Shown here in pieces: positions 16,800 to 26,009 of a stretch of DNA of 29,221 bases. The stretch spans positions 1 through 29,221 of IMG/VR virus record IMGVR_UViG_3300042297_000488. One strand, written 5' to 3'. The notes beneath the pieces were generated by a model. The model ran no database searches. It was not told the origin of the DNA and worked only from the letters and a program-made list of their open reading frames with translations. Every line of letters begins with the position of its first letter. Positions within the stretch are counted from its first letter, which is position 1. The position numbers were made by a program, and so were the translations under genes. This DNA is from a virus. Its lineage: Duplodnaviria > Caudoviricetes.

Positions 16800-17587
16800 G
16801 CAATCTGCTTGGCTGGGTGACACCTGACGGCGAGCTGAGATACTTGGGAAGCCATGAATCTACGCTCATGCTGGCCACTGGCAAGCAACTCCCAGACATC
16901 CCCGAAAGCGAATGGGAAGAATTCGACCTGAGGGACGACCCAAAGTATCCGGTCAAGATTAAAGACCAGAACGGAAAAGGGGCTTGCAATGGCCATGCAG
17001 CGGCAAGCAGTCTGGAAATCGCTCGGTACGTTTCTGGTGCTGCTTATGTCGCTCTCAGTCCTTGGCTCGTCTATGCTGATCTATGTAATGGTTGGGACGT
17101 TGGATCGAATATTGCGGAAGCTTTGGCCTACCTTGAAAACAAGGGGACTTGCTCTGAGCCGCTGGTTCCTTATGCGACAATTAATCCTTCAAGAATTCCT
17201 CAGTCGGCCAGAACTGATGCCAAGCGGTTCAAAGTTGAGATCGGATACAGACTCAACAATTTCAACGATTTATGTATTGCCGCACAGCTCCGAATGCCAT
17301 TTAACTTTTCAGTGCCGGTCAACGCCAATTTTAATGTTCTCGACAAAGATGGAGTCCCAGGCAACCGAGCTGGCTCCCACAACCATGCTGTCACAGGTGG
17401 CATGGGAATGAAGCGAATGCCCAACGGCAAATGGGCGATCCTAATGCAAAACTCGTGGGGAACCCGCTGGGGCTGGAATGGATACTGCTGGATCATAGAT
17501 CGCAATGTGGCCGGAACTAGCTGGGATGCTTATTGCGTCAGTGCCACTGTGGCCGATCCAAACAACTTACCTCCAGTGCTTGCATAA
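16796..17587 (+). CDS. Papain-like (C1 family) cysteine peptidase
   Basis: FDLR, KDQNGKGAC (oxyanion Gln and catalytic Cys), NHAV (His), QNSWGTRWGWNGY (Asn); GGAGG RBS. Confidence 0.92.
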   Translation: MSNLLGWVTPDGELRYLGSHESTLMLATGKQLPDIPESEWEEFDLRDDPKYPVKIKDQNGKGACNGHAAASSLEIARYVSGAAYVALSPWLVYADLCNGWDVGSNIAEALAYLENKGTCSEPLVPYATINPSRIPQSARTDAKRFKVEIGYRLNNFNDLCIAAQLRMPFNFSVPVNANFNVLDKDGVPGNRAGSHNHAVTGGMGMKRMPNGKWAILMQNSWGTRWGWNGYCWIIDRNVAGTSWDAYCVSATVADPNNLPPVLA

Positions 17588-17631
17588 ATCGCACATTGAA
17601 AAGAAAAACACCTAAGAGCAGGCTCAATGCC

Positions 17632-18507
17632 ATGCCAAGCGGCACGGAGTTGGAGCGTATTGCCCGCCGGATCCTCGCGGAGCTGGGCAACAACGTGGCA
17701 AAACCGTGGCTGGCGATTTACGACCGCAAAAAGGAAGCCGATCCGTTCACGGCTCCGATTGATATGGCCGCCCAATTTATCCCAGTGATTGAAGCATGGA
17801 TCGACGAATCAGGCCGGTCTTTTCTGGTGTCACTTGGCCAACAGGATGCCGACCAATGGTTGGTTCGTGCACCAGAAGTGATTGAGGCCGCACGCAATGC
17901 GACTCTGGATCTGTGCCAGGAGACGATCGAGCAGTTCACGCAGGATACTCTCCGGACTCTGGAAGGCATGCGGGCTGATATCGCAGCCTCCATTGAAGCT
18001 GGTGAAACGGCTGGAGAATTGACCAACCGAATCAGCACATGGATCAAGGATAACGCACGCTGGCGGGCACGGCGCATTGCAATCACCGAATCAGCAAGAG
18101 CCTATAACACCGGCCTGACAAGTGCTGCTGAGGGGCTGGACTTTATCACCGGTTGGGAACTGCTCCTTTCCGGTGACGCCTGCCCGATGTGTCAAATGAT
18201 ATTCAGGTTATGTCCGGTCATTCCAAAGGGCGGAACCTTTGGGACCAACGGCAAGAACAAGACTTACAAAGACCTTAAATTTCCACCATTTCACCCTGGT
18301 TGCCGTTGCAGTCTCTTGGAAGTCTTTGAAGACGAGATGCCCAAGAATCTGAAGCCACCTGTCAGGCCGGGTGAGAACGGATACCTACAGCCTTCAGACA
18401 TCGACTTTGCTGCTGCTGAAGAGGCTGGATATCAATCGGTTGCAGTTGGAAACGCCAAGTCATTCACAAAAACGGGCCGGATATTGGAGGCTGATAATGA
18501 TCACTAA
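17632..18507 (+). CDS. Head morphogenesis / minor head protein (Mu gpF, SPP1 gp7 family)
   Basis: RARRIAITESARAYN, DACPMC, PPFHPGCRCS. The start may be TTG 17596. Confidence 0.88.
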   Translation: MPSGTELERIARRILAELGNNVAKPWLAIYDRKKEADPFTAPIDMAAQFIPVIEAWIDESGRSFLVSLGQQDADQWLVRAPEVIEAARNATLDLCQETIEQFTQDTLRTLEGMRADIAASIEAGETAGELTNRISTWIKDNARWRARRIAITESARAYNTGLTSAAEGLDFITGWELLLSGDACPMCQMIFRLCPVIPKGGTFGTNGKNKTYKDLKFPPFHPGCRCSLLEVFEDEMPKNLKPPVRPGENGYLQPSDIDFAAAEEAGYQSVAVGNAKSFTKTGRILEADNDH

Positions 18508-19132
18508 ATCGACGGATTCCGGCATCACGAAAAGCGATACAGGCGGCTTTGTGGGCTATGCTGCCCGCTTCCTGAACATCGACCGCCAAGGCGATATCAT
18601 TTTGCCTGGTGCGTTTCAGAAGTCCATTCAAGACTTCATGGATTCTGGCGGACTGGTCCTGTCTGATCACGAAAACAAAACATCTGCTGTGATCGGCACA
18701 CTGAATGACGCGACCGAAGACCGATCCGGTTTGAAAGTGGATGTCACGTTTTCCGCCACAAAAGCCGGTCAGGATATCCGCACTCTGCTCCGTGAAAAAG
18801 CGGTTCGCAAGATGTCGATTTCATTTCTGGCAAGACAGCCAGAACGATTGAGCAAAAAGCAGGTCTCAGAACTTTGGGACCGCTACGGATACAAGCCAAA
18901 CTTAACTCAAATCAAGCTCTCTGAAAAGGGTGCAAACCTGATCAAAGAAGTGTCGGAGATTATCGAAGTCTCAGTGGTGCCGATCCCGGCCAACGCTGAC
19001 GCTTCGATTATCAGTGTCAAAGCACACTCCGACGATGAAACACCGACCCCGGTGGTGGATGCCAAGCACCTGACGAAATTGTTTCGCCAGGCGGAATTGG
19101 CTGATTCGATATTGACCGCCGCCAAGCGGTAA
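18497..19132 (+). CDS. HK97-family prohead protease
   Basis: FVGYAARF.NID..GDIILPGAF, LSDH, IG, GLKV, MSISF, EVSVVPIPAN; GGAGG RBS. Confidence 0.93.
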   Translation: MITKSTDSGITKSDTGGFVGYAARFLNIDRQGDIILPGAFQKSIQDFMDSGGLVLSDHENKTSAVIGTLNDATEDRSGLKVDVTFSATKAGQDIRTLLREKAVRKMSISFLARQPERLSKKQVSELWDRYGYKPNLTQIKLSEKGANLIKEVSEIIEVSVVPIPANADASIISVKAHSDDETPTPVVDAKHLTKLFRQAELADSILTAAKR

Positions 19133-19148
19133 ACGAAAGGTTCTTAAG

Positions 19149-20576
19149 ATGAGTATTGCAAACGAAATCCGCTCTGCGGCATCCATTGCCGAAGACCGCA
19201 TCGCACTCGCTTCCAGCGTGATTGCATTGCGTGACGAAATCCTGGCCGCTCCCGACGACGTTCGGGCCGAGAAATCTGCCGACCTGCAAGCCGCCAACGA
19301 TCGGCTTGAAGCCTGTGACAAGGAATACTATCTGGTGAAGGCTGTTGAAAACGCCAACGCCATGATCGAAAGCCTGTCGGCCAAGCCACAGCGCCCACAG
19401 CCAACCTACAAGGCGGCCACAATTGACCGTCGCAGTGGTCAGGTGATTGACGGTGGCGACCTTGCCAGCCTGACAGACGCTGAAGCCGTTTCTTCTCGCG
19501 ATTACAGCAAAGCGTTCGAAGGGCTTCTTGAAGCCCGTGGGAACATCGACCGCGTGACAAGCCGCAATCATCGCGACATGCTCGAAAGATACGGCAAAGG
19601 TGGCGACAGGAACCTTGGATGGAATGAATTCTTTATTCCGTTCAGCAAGGCGATGACGCTGGCATCGTCCACAAACGGTTCCAACGCTGTCGCTCCTGAC
19701 TTCAGATTTGACTTGATCACGCAACGCTCGGTCACGCCGAAAGCATTGCAACTCTGTCGAGTGATCACAACGAACGTGTCCAGCGTCACGTTCCCGAAGA
19801 ATACCGACGCCAATACCGATGGCGGTTTGGTGGGCACAATCGGCACCAACAATCGTCCAACAAAGGGCGAGTCGCCAACAGCCACGGCGATCGACACCGG
19901 GCCGTTCTCGCAGCTCACCATCACCGCCAAGACCGGCACGATGGTTCAGGATATTTCGGCCGACTTCTTTCAAGATGCGCCGGGAATGTCATCTTACCTC
20001 CAACAAGAGTCGAGCAAATTGTTTGCGAACCGAATTGATAAGGAAGTCTTTTCGGCGACCACGCTTTCTGACTCACTGGAAGCGATTCTGGCCAACACCG
20101 GGATCGGCACACAGCTTTCAGGCACATCAGCCAGCCTCGGTTCGACTGATGCGATCACCTATAACAACCTTGCTGACCTGTTCTTTTCCTTCAAGGAATC
20201 TTACAGTTCCAACCTGTCATGGGTCATGAATCGTGCCACACACGGCAAACTTTATAAAGTCAAGGATTCTCAAGGGATCCCTCTGCTTTCAGGCTTCCAG
20301 CAAGGCACGTTTGCGAATTCTCCGGGCTATCAAATGTTTGGAGTTCCCGCAAATTATGTTGAGTACATGCCAGCCTCTGGCGTCGCCAATGCCCGCTCGA
20401 TTCTGATCGGTGATTTCCAAGAGTATTACTTGCTGGTTCGCCAAGGATTCACCGTTATCATTGACGACCTGTCAAAGCAAGGTGATAACCTGATTCGGCT
20501 GAATTACAAGTACCGCATCGGCGGTGCCGTTCGTGATGCTCGTGCATTCGCCAGCATTAAAGAAGCCGTTTCCTGA
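19149..20576 (+). CDS. Major capsid protein (HK97 fold) with N-terminal scaffold domain
   Basis: Coiled-coil N-terminus, GSNAVAPDF, WVMNRAT..KL.KVKDSQG.PL, ILIGDF, RIGGAV.D.RAF. Confidence 0.94.
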   Translation: MSIANEIRSAASIAEDRIALASSVIALRDEILAAPDDVRAEKSADLQAANDRLEACDKEYYLVKAVENANAMIESLSAKPQRPQPTYKAATIDRRSGQVIDGGDLASLTDAEAVSSRDYSKAFEGLLEARGNIDRVTSRNHRDMLERYGKGGDRNLGWNEFFIPFSKAMTLASSTNGSNAVAPDFRFDLITQRSVTPKALQLCRVITTNVSSVTFPKNTDANTDGGLVGTIGTNNRPTKGESPTATAIDTGPFSQLTITAKTGTMVQDISADFFQDAPGMSSYLQQESSKLFANRIDKEVFSATTLSDSLEAILANTGIGTQLSGTSASLGSTDAITYNNLADLFFSFKESYSSNLSWVMNRATHGKLYKVKDSQGIPLLSGFQQGTFANSPGYQMFGVPANYVEYMPASGVANARSILIGDFQEYYLLVRQGFTVIIDDLSKQGDNLIRLNYKYRIGGAVRDARAFASIKEAVS

Positions 20577-20594
20577 GTTTGGTTTTGTTGGTCA

Positions 20595-20632
20595 ACCCGG
20601 CGGGTCCTCCCTGCCCGCCGGGTCTCATTTTC
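20595..20632 (+). terminator. Probable intrinsic terminator after the capsid gene
   Basis: ACCCGGCGGG-TCCTCCCTG-CCCGCCGGGT followed by CTCATTTT. Confidence 0.7.
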
Positions 20633-20648
20633 ATATTGAGGTAAAACA

Positions 20649-20984
20649 ATGGCCGCATACATCTCGCAATCTGAAGCAACCACCTATACCGATGTGATCG
20701 GCACATGGGCGGCATCTACTGCTGTGGCCTACCTGTCGGCAGCATCGTCATTAATCGACCAATATTGCGCCCGCACTTTTCTCCCTGCTGATTTGACTGC
20801 CGATGTGAAATTGGCGATCGCGTTAACGGCTGTGCATTTAAAAAACAATGGCCAGAATCCCGGCGTCCTCACCAGCGAACGAATCGGCGATTATTCTGCG
20901 ACTTATCAGATGTCAACCACTGGTGGATTGAATGCGATGGTCATGCAACTGCTCCAGCCTTATAGAGTGGTGGTGATGGGGTGA
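20649..20984 (+). CDS. Head-tail connector (gp6/gp15-like)
   Basis: YIS..E, ASSLIDQYC.R, DVKLA, SERIGDYS.TY, LLQPYR; GAGGT RBS. Confidence 0.85.
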   Translation: MAAYISQSEATTYTDVIGTWAASTAVAYLSAASSLIDQYCARTFLPADLTADVKLAIALTAVHLKNNGQNPGVLTSERIGDYSATYQMSTTGGLNAMVMQLLQPYRVVVMG

Positions 20985-21586
20985 TTAGCCGAGACTTCCG
21001 ATTAGAATGGAATGGCGAAGCGTACAAAGCTCGCCTGCACAAAGAATTATCAAAGGCGATCCGAATTTCGGCTGGCAAGGTCCGTAACGCGGCCATCAAA
21101 CTGTTGAACAAGCCGGGGGCCGCCGCCACAAAGGATCTGAACAAGCAGACTGGCAAGGCTTTTAAGGGTTTAAATGCAACTCAAAAGAATGCTTTGACAT
21201 TCTCCAGCGGATTAAAAAAGGTCCAAGGCTTAAAGACAGTCAAGGGGCGCAAATCCACACTGCGGTTTGGTGGGACTCATAAGGGTGCCAGCCGGATTTA
21301 TTGGTATGGTCCCCCTCAGAATCGTTGGACGACTGCTTCTGCACCTGGCTCGCCACCACACAAGCAAAGTGGCAACCTACAAAAGATTGTGGTTGAGCCA
21401 TCACGAGGCGGACTACACGCCAAAGTAGGACCAATGGAAGGCTTAAAATACGCACGAATTCAAGAACTTGGCGGCAAAGGGATGATCAATTTACCTCCTC
21501 GTCCGTACATGCGACCGGCCATGGAATCGCAGCAAGCGGAAATCATGGACCGGTTCGAGCAAGCGATTCAAAAAGCCTCGATTTAA
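20981..21586 (+). CDS. Neck / tail-completion protein (HK97 gp10-like)
   Basis: SAPGSPPHKQSGNL, KYARIQELG, PPRPYMRPA. Confidence 0.8.
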   Translation: MISRDFRLEWNGEAYKARLHKELSKAIRISAGKVRNAAIKLLNKPGAAATKDLNKQTGKAFKGLNATQKNALTFSSGLKKVQGLKTVKGRKSTLRFGGTHKGASRIYWYGPPQNRWTTASAPGSPPHKQSGNLQKIVVEPSRGGLHAKVGPMEGLKYARIQELGGKGMINLPPRPYMRPAMESQQAEIMDRFEQAIQKASI

Positions 21587-21602
21587 ATCGAAAGAGGGAA
21601 AG

Positions 21603-21959
21603 ATGCCATTGCCGGAACGACTTTTAAACTCCTGTGCAACGATCTACCTGGAAGCCAACGCCAAAGGTTCCATGGGACAGCCGGTGCAGACTCTGACCGT
21701 GATCGGCACGCCAAAATGCCGGGTCGATTTCAAGTCCATCCAGCGTGATGGGACGCCGATTGAAGGCGAGGCCCAGATATTCTCGGTTTACCTGGCGGGG
21801 TCATGGCCGTTGACCACAAACCATTGGGTCAAGGTGCTGACCGCTTCAGGCCGGGTTGCGACTGGACAGGTTTCAACCTCATCTGAGGCCGCTGGACTGG
21901 GTCACAACACCGCTCTAACGGTCATTTGCCGCACACCTGTGCCGGTGGTGGCCTCATGA
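21603..21959 (+). CDS. Putative head-closure (stopper) protein
   Basis: Position, size (118 aa) and beta-rich pattern LLNSCATI...MGQP...CRV...HNT...C. Confidence 0.6.
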   Translation: MPLPERLLNSCATIYLEANAKGSMGQPVQTLTVIGTPKCRVDFKSIQRDGTPIEGEAQIFSVYLAGSWPLTTNHWVKVLTASGRVATGQVSTSSEAAGLGHNTALTVICRTPVPVVAS

Positions 21960-22333
21960 GCTACAACGTACCGCTGGTTATCCAATCGCATTGGGCCGCT
22001 CAAACTGGCCTTCCCAGCTTATGGCTTGAATATGCACCCGATCCACTGGTTCCACCTTTGGCCGTGATGGAAGCGACCGGGTTCTCACGCACTCCGCTTT
22101 CGGCTGGGTCCTATATGGACTCGCACAACTATCGAATCTCGATCTTGACCACATCGGCGGAATCAACCTGGTCAATTGGTGAATCGGCAATCGAGAAAAT
22201 GGACACTCTGGCGGGCGACAAAATCACCTCGGTTCAGATTGAACCGGATAGTTTGGCACGTCCGGCAAAGGTTGGTCAGTTGGATGTTTGGGTCTTTGAA
22301 TTCACACTGAAGGTCGAAATCTTCGACAATTGA
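21956..22333 (+). CDS. Putative tail terminator protein
   Basis: Lies just before the tail tube gene; AP...PP.AV and Y.ISI patterns; ATGA-coupled. Confidence 0.6.
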   Translation: MSYNVPLVIQSHWAAQTGLPSLWLEYAPDPLVPPLAVMEATGFSRTPLSAGSYMDSHNYRISILTTSAESTWSIGESAIEKMDTLAGDKITSVQIEPDSLARPAKVGQLDVWVFEFTLKVEIFDN

Positions 22334-22345
22334 AAGAGGTTAGAT

Positions 22346-22798
22346 ATGGCCATGAAGGGCAAGCCGGTCACGTTCAAGAACGGGACCATCACACTGACTC
22401 CACTGGATCAAACCACAGGCACAGCCAACACGACTGCATCTATCAACCTGATCGCAAAGTCCGGCTCGCTGGACGATAACGTGTCGGTTGCTGAAGCGAA
22501 CGTGAACTGTGTTGGCAAGATCCGTGCTGCCGGTTCGCTGGATGTGAGTATTGAAGTCAATGCATTCGTCTCGTCGGTTACAGGCACAGGCAACGCCAAC
22601 GGAACTGTGCTTCCTTTCAAAACTGGCGACTATTTGAACGCCAACCTGGTTGCAGGATCACTCAACTACGAGGGCGAATTCATGCTTGAATCGCTCAAAA
22701 CTTCTTTGGATGCTGCCGACTTTGTCACGCTGGATTTGTCGCTGAAAAACAACGGCGATCCACGCACACGAGTTATCGGCATTGTGAACTGCGTTTAA
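22346..22798 (+). CDS. Major tail (tube) protein
   Basis: GAGGT RBS; 150-aa beta-rich protein with AGSLD.SIE.NAF and YEGEFM.ES...S.DAAD.VT.D.SL..NG; lies before the chaperone and tape measure genes. Confidence 0.75.
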   Translation: MAMKGKPVTFKNGTITLTPLDQTTGTANTTASINLIAKSGSLDDNVSVAEANVNCVGKIRAAGSLDVSIEVNAFVSSVTGTGNANGTVLPFKTGDYLNANLVAGSLNYEGEFMLESLKTSLDAADFVTLDLSLKNNGDPRTRVIGIVNCV

Positions 22799-22817
22799 CA
22801 CCTGAGAGAGATTTTCT

Positions 22818-23288
22818 ATGGTCTTTGATATTGATGACCTGATCGCTCGCAAATTCCAGTTCCGGCTTAATAGCCGGAGCTGGATACTTTCCGAGCTGAC
22901 TGCTGGCGATAGAGCTGAAATCGGCAATGTGCTTCGGGGCATTGTCCCGAATCCTCTGACTGACGCCAAAGAAGCCTGTCGCGACCTTCCACCAGCCACA
23001 GCCAAAGAGATTTGGAAAGAAGCCAAGCGGCAATACGCTTACTGGCCACCATTGCCAGAAAGTGAAGATGGCCAAGCCTATCTGTTCAGCTCGCGTGAAG
23101 TTCAGCAGGCCGTTCTTTATCACGGACTGAAGCGAAACCAGACTGTCACGCAAGATGAGGTTAAGGCGTTGGTTGATTCCATCCCTTACCAGACCGCTCT
23201 GATCAAACTGCTGATGTTTGCGATCACCGGGCGGAGCGCTGACGACCCAAAAGACAGCACCTCTCAGGCGTCAACTGGCACGATCTGA
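22818..23288 (+). CDS. Tail assembly chaperone (gpG equivalent)
   Basis: Between the tube and tape measure genes; carries the slippery heptamer C CCA AAA at 23246-23252. Confidence 0.75.
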   Translation: MVFDIDDLIARKFQFRLNSRSWILSELTAGDRAEIGNVLRGIVPNPLTDAKEACRDLPPATAKEIWKEAKRQYAYWPPLPESEDGQAYLFSSREVQQAVLYHGLKRNQTVTQDEVKALVDSIPYQTALIKLLMFAITGRSADDPKDSTSQASTGTI

Positions 23289-23461
23289 TGAGGCGATTGG
23301 TTTTGGAAGGCCACATGAGGTATCAGGATGTTCTGGAACTGACACCGTGGCAAATCATGGTGCTGATGGTCGAGAAGCCTGACCTGACAGGCCAGTTGAG
23401 CCGCGAAACGCTGAACGAAGTGATGGAATCTGTGCCGGATGACTGGGAAGAGGTGCACTGA
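23246..23461 (+). CDS. Tail assembly chaperone extension (gpT equivalent) reached by -1 frameshift; missing from the ORF track
   Basis: The -1 frame after CCCAAAA reads RQHLSGVNWHDLMRRLVLEGHMRYQDVLELTPWQIMVLM...WEEVH to TGA 23459-23461, which overlaps the tape measure ATG. Confidence 0.75.
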   Translation, partial: PKRQHLSGVNWHDLMRRLVLEGHMRYQDVLELTPWQIMVLMVEKPDLTGQLSRETLNEVMESVPDDWEEVH

Positions 23462-24969
23462 TGGCCGTTGGAAACCTGTTTGTCAATATCGGTGCAGACA
23501 CGACTGCCTTGGGTCGCAGTCTGGATAAAGCCAAGTCCATGCTGAAAGGCATGGGCGGGGCTGTCTCCAGTGGAGGCAAGGGATTGCTGGCCGGTGCCAT
23601 CATGGGCGGTGGAGCTGCTGTTGCGATGGCGGCAATCAATGCTGCCGGGGCGGCTGTGCGAGGGATCGGATCAGCAATCAGCGAATCATCCACACGAGGT
23701 GCCGATCTCAACGAGACACTCAGCAAGACAGGTGTCTTGATGGGCGATGCCACAGCCGATGCTGTGAAGTTTGCGACCCAGCTGCAAAGCAGTGGCCAAG
23801 GTCAGATGAAGGACATTCTGGAGAGCATCACAGGCTCGGCGATGGCGATGAAAGGCCTTGGCACTGAGACCGGCAAGGCTATCGAAACGGCGAAGCAACT
23901 TGAAGCCAGAGTGGGTGATATTGCATCTCAGGACAACATCGACCCTGCCAAGATACGTGCAGACCTGCAATCGGCTTTCGCTGGCGAACTTCAGGTTATG
24001 CGGAAGTACAAGGTGTTTCTCGATGCTGACAGCCTGAAGGCCACCGGACTGCCGATGGGCGAGGCTATCGCCCAAGGCATCATGCAACAGACGCAACGAG
24101 CGAAAGGCGACTTTGCAAACACTCGGCTTTCGACTTCCAACATGCAACGCACAAATACCAACTCCATCGAAACGATGATGGCCAAGTTTGGCCAGGCGAT
24201 TCAGCCTGTGACTCAGGCGTTTGCCTATCTGCAATCTGTCATTTTGAGTGCTATTGGTGGAGCAGGTTTTGAGGGATTCACGGGCTTTATCGACCAGATG
24301 CGAAACACAATCATTGACATGGCTGATGGTCTTGCGGCGGCTGTCGTGGGTGTGATTATTCCGTTGGGCCAAGGCTTGATGACTGTAGGTGGATGGTTCA
24401 TGTCGGTGCTTGGTGCTGTTGGTGGATTCTTCCGTGATGCCATCATTGGTTTCGGAGGATTCCAAGGGATCTTTGGCCGGATGGCACTGGAACTTGGCTA
24501 CCGGCTTGCTCAAGGCATCGACCTGCTGATACAGCCTTTCCGCTGGATTGCGAAGCAGATGGGCATCAGCCTTGGCGAAGGTATGACGGCGATGGTAGAA
24601 CGCCTCGGACAGCAACGCGAAAAGATGGATCAAGAGGCCGGTTCAAAGATTGCCGAAGCCAATGCCAAACGGGATGCCGACAAGGCTGCGCTGGCCTCAG
24701 CTCTAAAGCTAAATATCCCAACCGGTCAGGGTGCTATCGGCGAGATGGGCGGCAAAACCATGCCGGGCGGATCCACCGAGCCGAAAACCGCACAGCGAAC
24801 GTCGTTTGCATCTCTGCTGAATAATGTCGGTGGTGAGGATAAAAAGCAAACCGCTGCCCTCCAGCAAATCGCTGCCAACACAGCACCGAACGGAGGCAAG
24901 CCGGGCGCCGTGAATGTTGCAACAAAGGTACCTGGTCCCGAACCGAAGCCTCAACTAGCAGGAGTCTGA
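23461..24969 (+). CDS. Tape measure protein (502 aa)
   Basis: MAVGNLFVNIGADT N-terminus; Ala/Gly-rich helical sequence; QTAALQQIAANT near the C-terminus; GAGGT RBS. Confidence 0.88.
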   Translation: MAVGNLFVNIGADTTALGRSLDKAKSMLKGMGGAVSSGGKGLLAGAIMGGGAAVAMAAINAAGAAVRGIGSAISESSTRGADLNETLSKTGVLMGDATADAVKFATQLQSSGQGQMKDILESITGSAMAMKGLGTETGKAIETAKQLEARVGDIASQDNIDPAKIRADLQSAFAGELQVMRKYKVFLDADSLKATGLPMGEAIAQGIMQQTQRAKGDFANTRLSTSNMQRTNTNSIETMMAKFGQAIQPVTQAFAYLQSVILSAIGGAGFEGFTGFIDQMRNTIIDMADGLAAAVVGVIIPLGQGLMTVGGWFMSVLGAVGGFFRDAIIGFGGFQGIFGRMALELGYRLAQGIDLLIQPFRWIAKQMGISLGEGMTAMVERLGQQREKMDQEAGSKIAEANAKRDADKAALASALKLNIPTGQGAIGEMGGKTMPGGSTEPKTAQRTSFASLLNNVGGEDKKQTAALQQIAANTAPNGGKPGAVNVATKVPGPEPKPQLAGV

Positions 24970-24971
24970 AG

Positions 24972-26000
24972 ATGATATTTGCTGGATGGACACCCGTCAC
25001 CGAAGGCTTCGGATACACCGCCGAAGCCAATTCCGTCACTTACTCAGGCCGATGGATTGCACCCTACACGGCTGCAAACTTGCAACTCGCCTTAACCTTG
25101 ATCGACTCTAAAGAGCGATTTTTAGCACGCAAAACCGGTGGACCATCGGCAAGTTATACTTACAAGGCGAAAATCCAGCAGGGTCTTTTATCGGCATTGA
25201 CTGCCCAAAAGATGTCGTTTAAGCCGCTCGATACCTACGCTCCCAACGTGCTCAATGGGGATGGAACCTCAGTCGATTTAAACAGCGGCTTGAACACCCT
25301 CCAGAATGCCGACCTTGCGGAGATCTCGATTGAATGGATGCAGGAACCAGAGAACACCTTGGGCCTGAATTGCTGCTGGGTCACGATGCAAGGTTCAGGT
25401 GAGTTTGTCGAGTTTGGTGAAAGCAATACCGTGGCTGCCAAATACACAAACGATGGGCTGGCAGGTGGTGCCGGTGCATCGTTTGCCAATGGCACGTTTG
25501 CGCCTCTCAACAAGCCAATGCCACGAGTCGAATCGAAGGATGTCATTAGAATTGAATATCCGTGGGTGGACGCCACTCTTGTAAACCTATCAGACATGAC
25601 GAAAATGCGGGGCAGTTTAAATCGAAAAGACATCTCGATTTGGGCCGCCGGAACGCTGCTATACCTTGGCAGCGATATCGAATACAGCATGTCGCCATTG
25701 GGTTACCCAGGCTACAAAATCACGCACAACTTCGAAAGCAAGCCGCAAGACTGGAACTTGATTGATTCGCCTGTGGATGTGAGACCCACTCAAAGTATCC
25801 GAGCGAAATACCCGGGCGCTACTTCCGAGATGCTGGCGTGGTCCACACGCGCCCCCGTGATTGTCAATGGAGTGGCCACATCGGGTTCGACTAATGGCTG
25901 GGCCGATCGGTCATATCAATATCAGGATTACAAAGCGGTACTGTTTCATTACGGTATCGCCAGCACCGCACCGACCCCACCTGTCGTCATCTCAGCATAA
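24972..26000 (+). CDS. Putative distal-tail / baseplate hub protein
   Basis: First gene after the tape measure; G.LN......WAAGTLLYLG and YKITHNF.....WN patterns; no firm family. Confidence 0.55.
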   Translation: MIFAGWTPVTEGFGYTAEANSVTYSGRWIAPYTAANLQLALTLIDSKERFLARKTGGPSASYTYKAKIQQGLLSALTAQKMSFKPLDTYAPNVLNGDGTSVDLNSGLNTLQNADLAEISIEWMQEPENTLGLNCCWVTMQGSGEFVEFGESNTVAAKYTNDGLAGGAGASFANGTFAPLNKPMPRVESKDVIRIEYPWVDATLVNLSDMTKMRGSLNRKDISIWAAGTLLYLGSDIEYSMSPLGYPGYKITHNFESKPQDWNLIDSPVDVRPTQSIRAKYPGATSEMLAWSTRAPVIVNGVATSGSTNGWADRSYQYQDYKAVLFHYGIASTAPTPPVVISA

Positions 26001-26009
26001 AGGGTACAC

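Noticed and set aside
19017-19973. 318-aa - strand ORF
   Set aside because: Antisense shadow of the capsid gene with no motif or RBS; expected from codon bias.
23686-24633. 315-aa - strand ORF
   Set aside because: Antisense shadow of the tape measure gene with no recognisable features.
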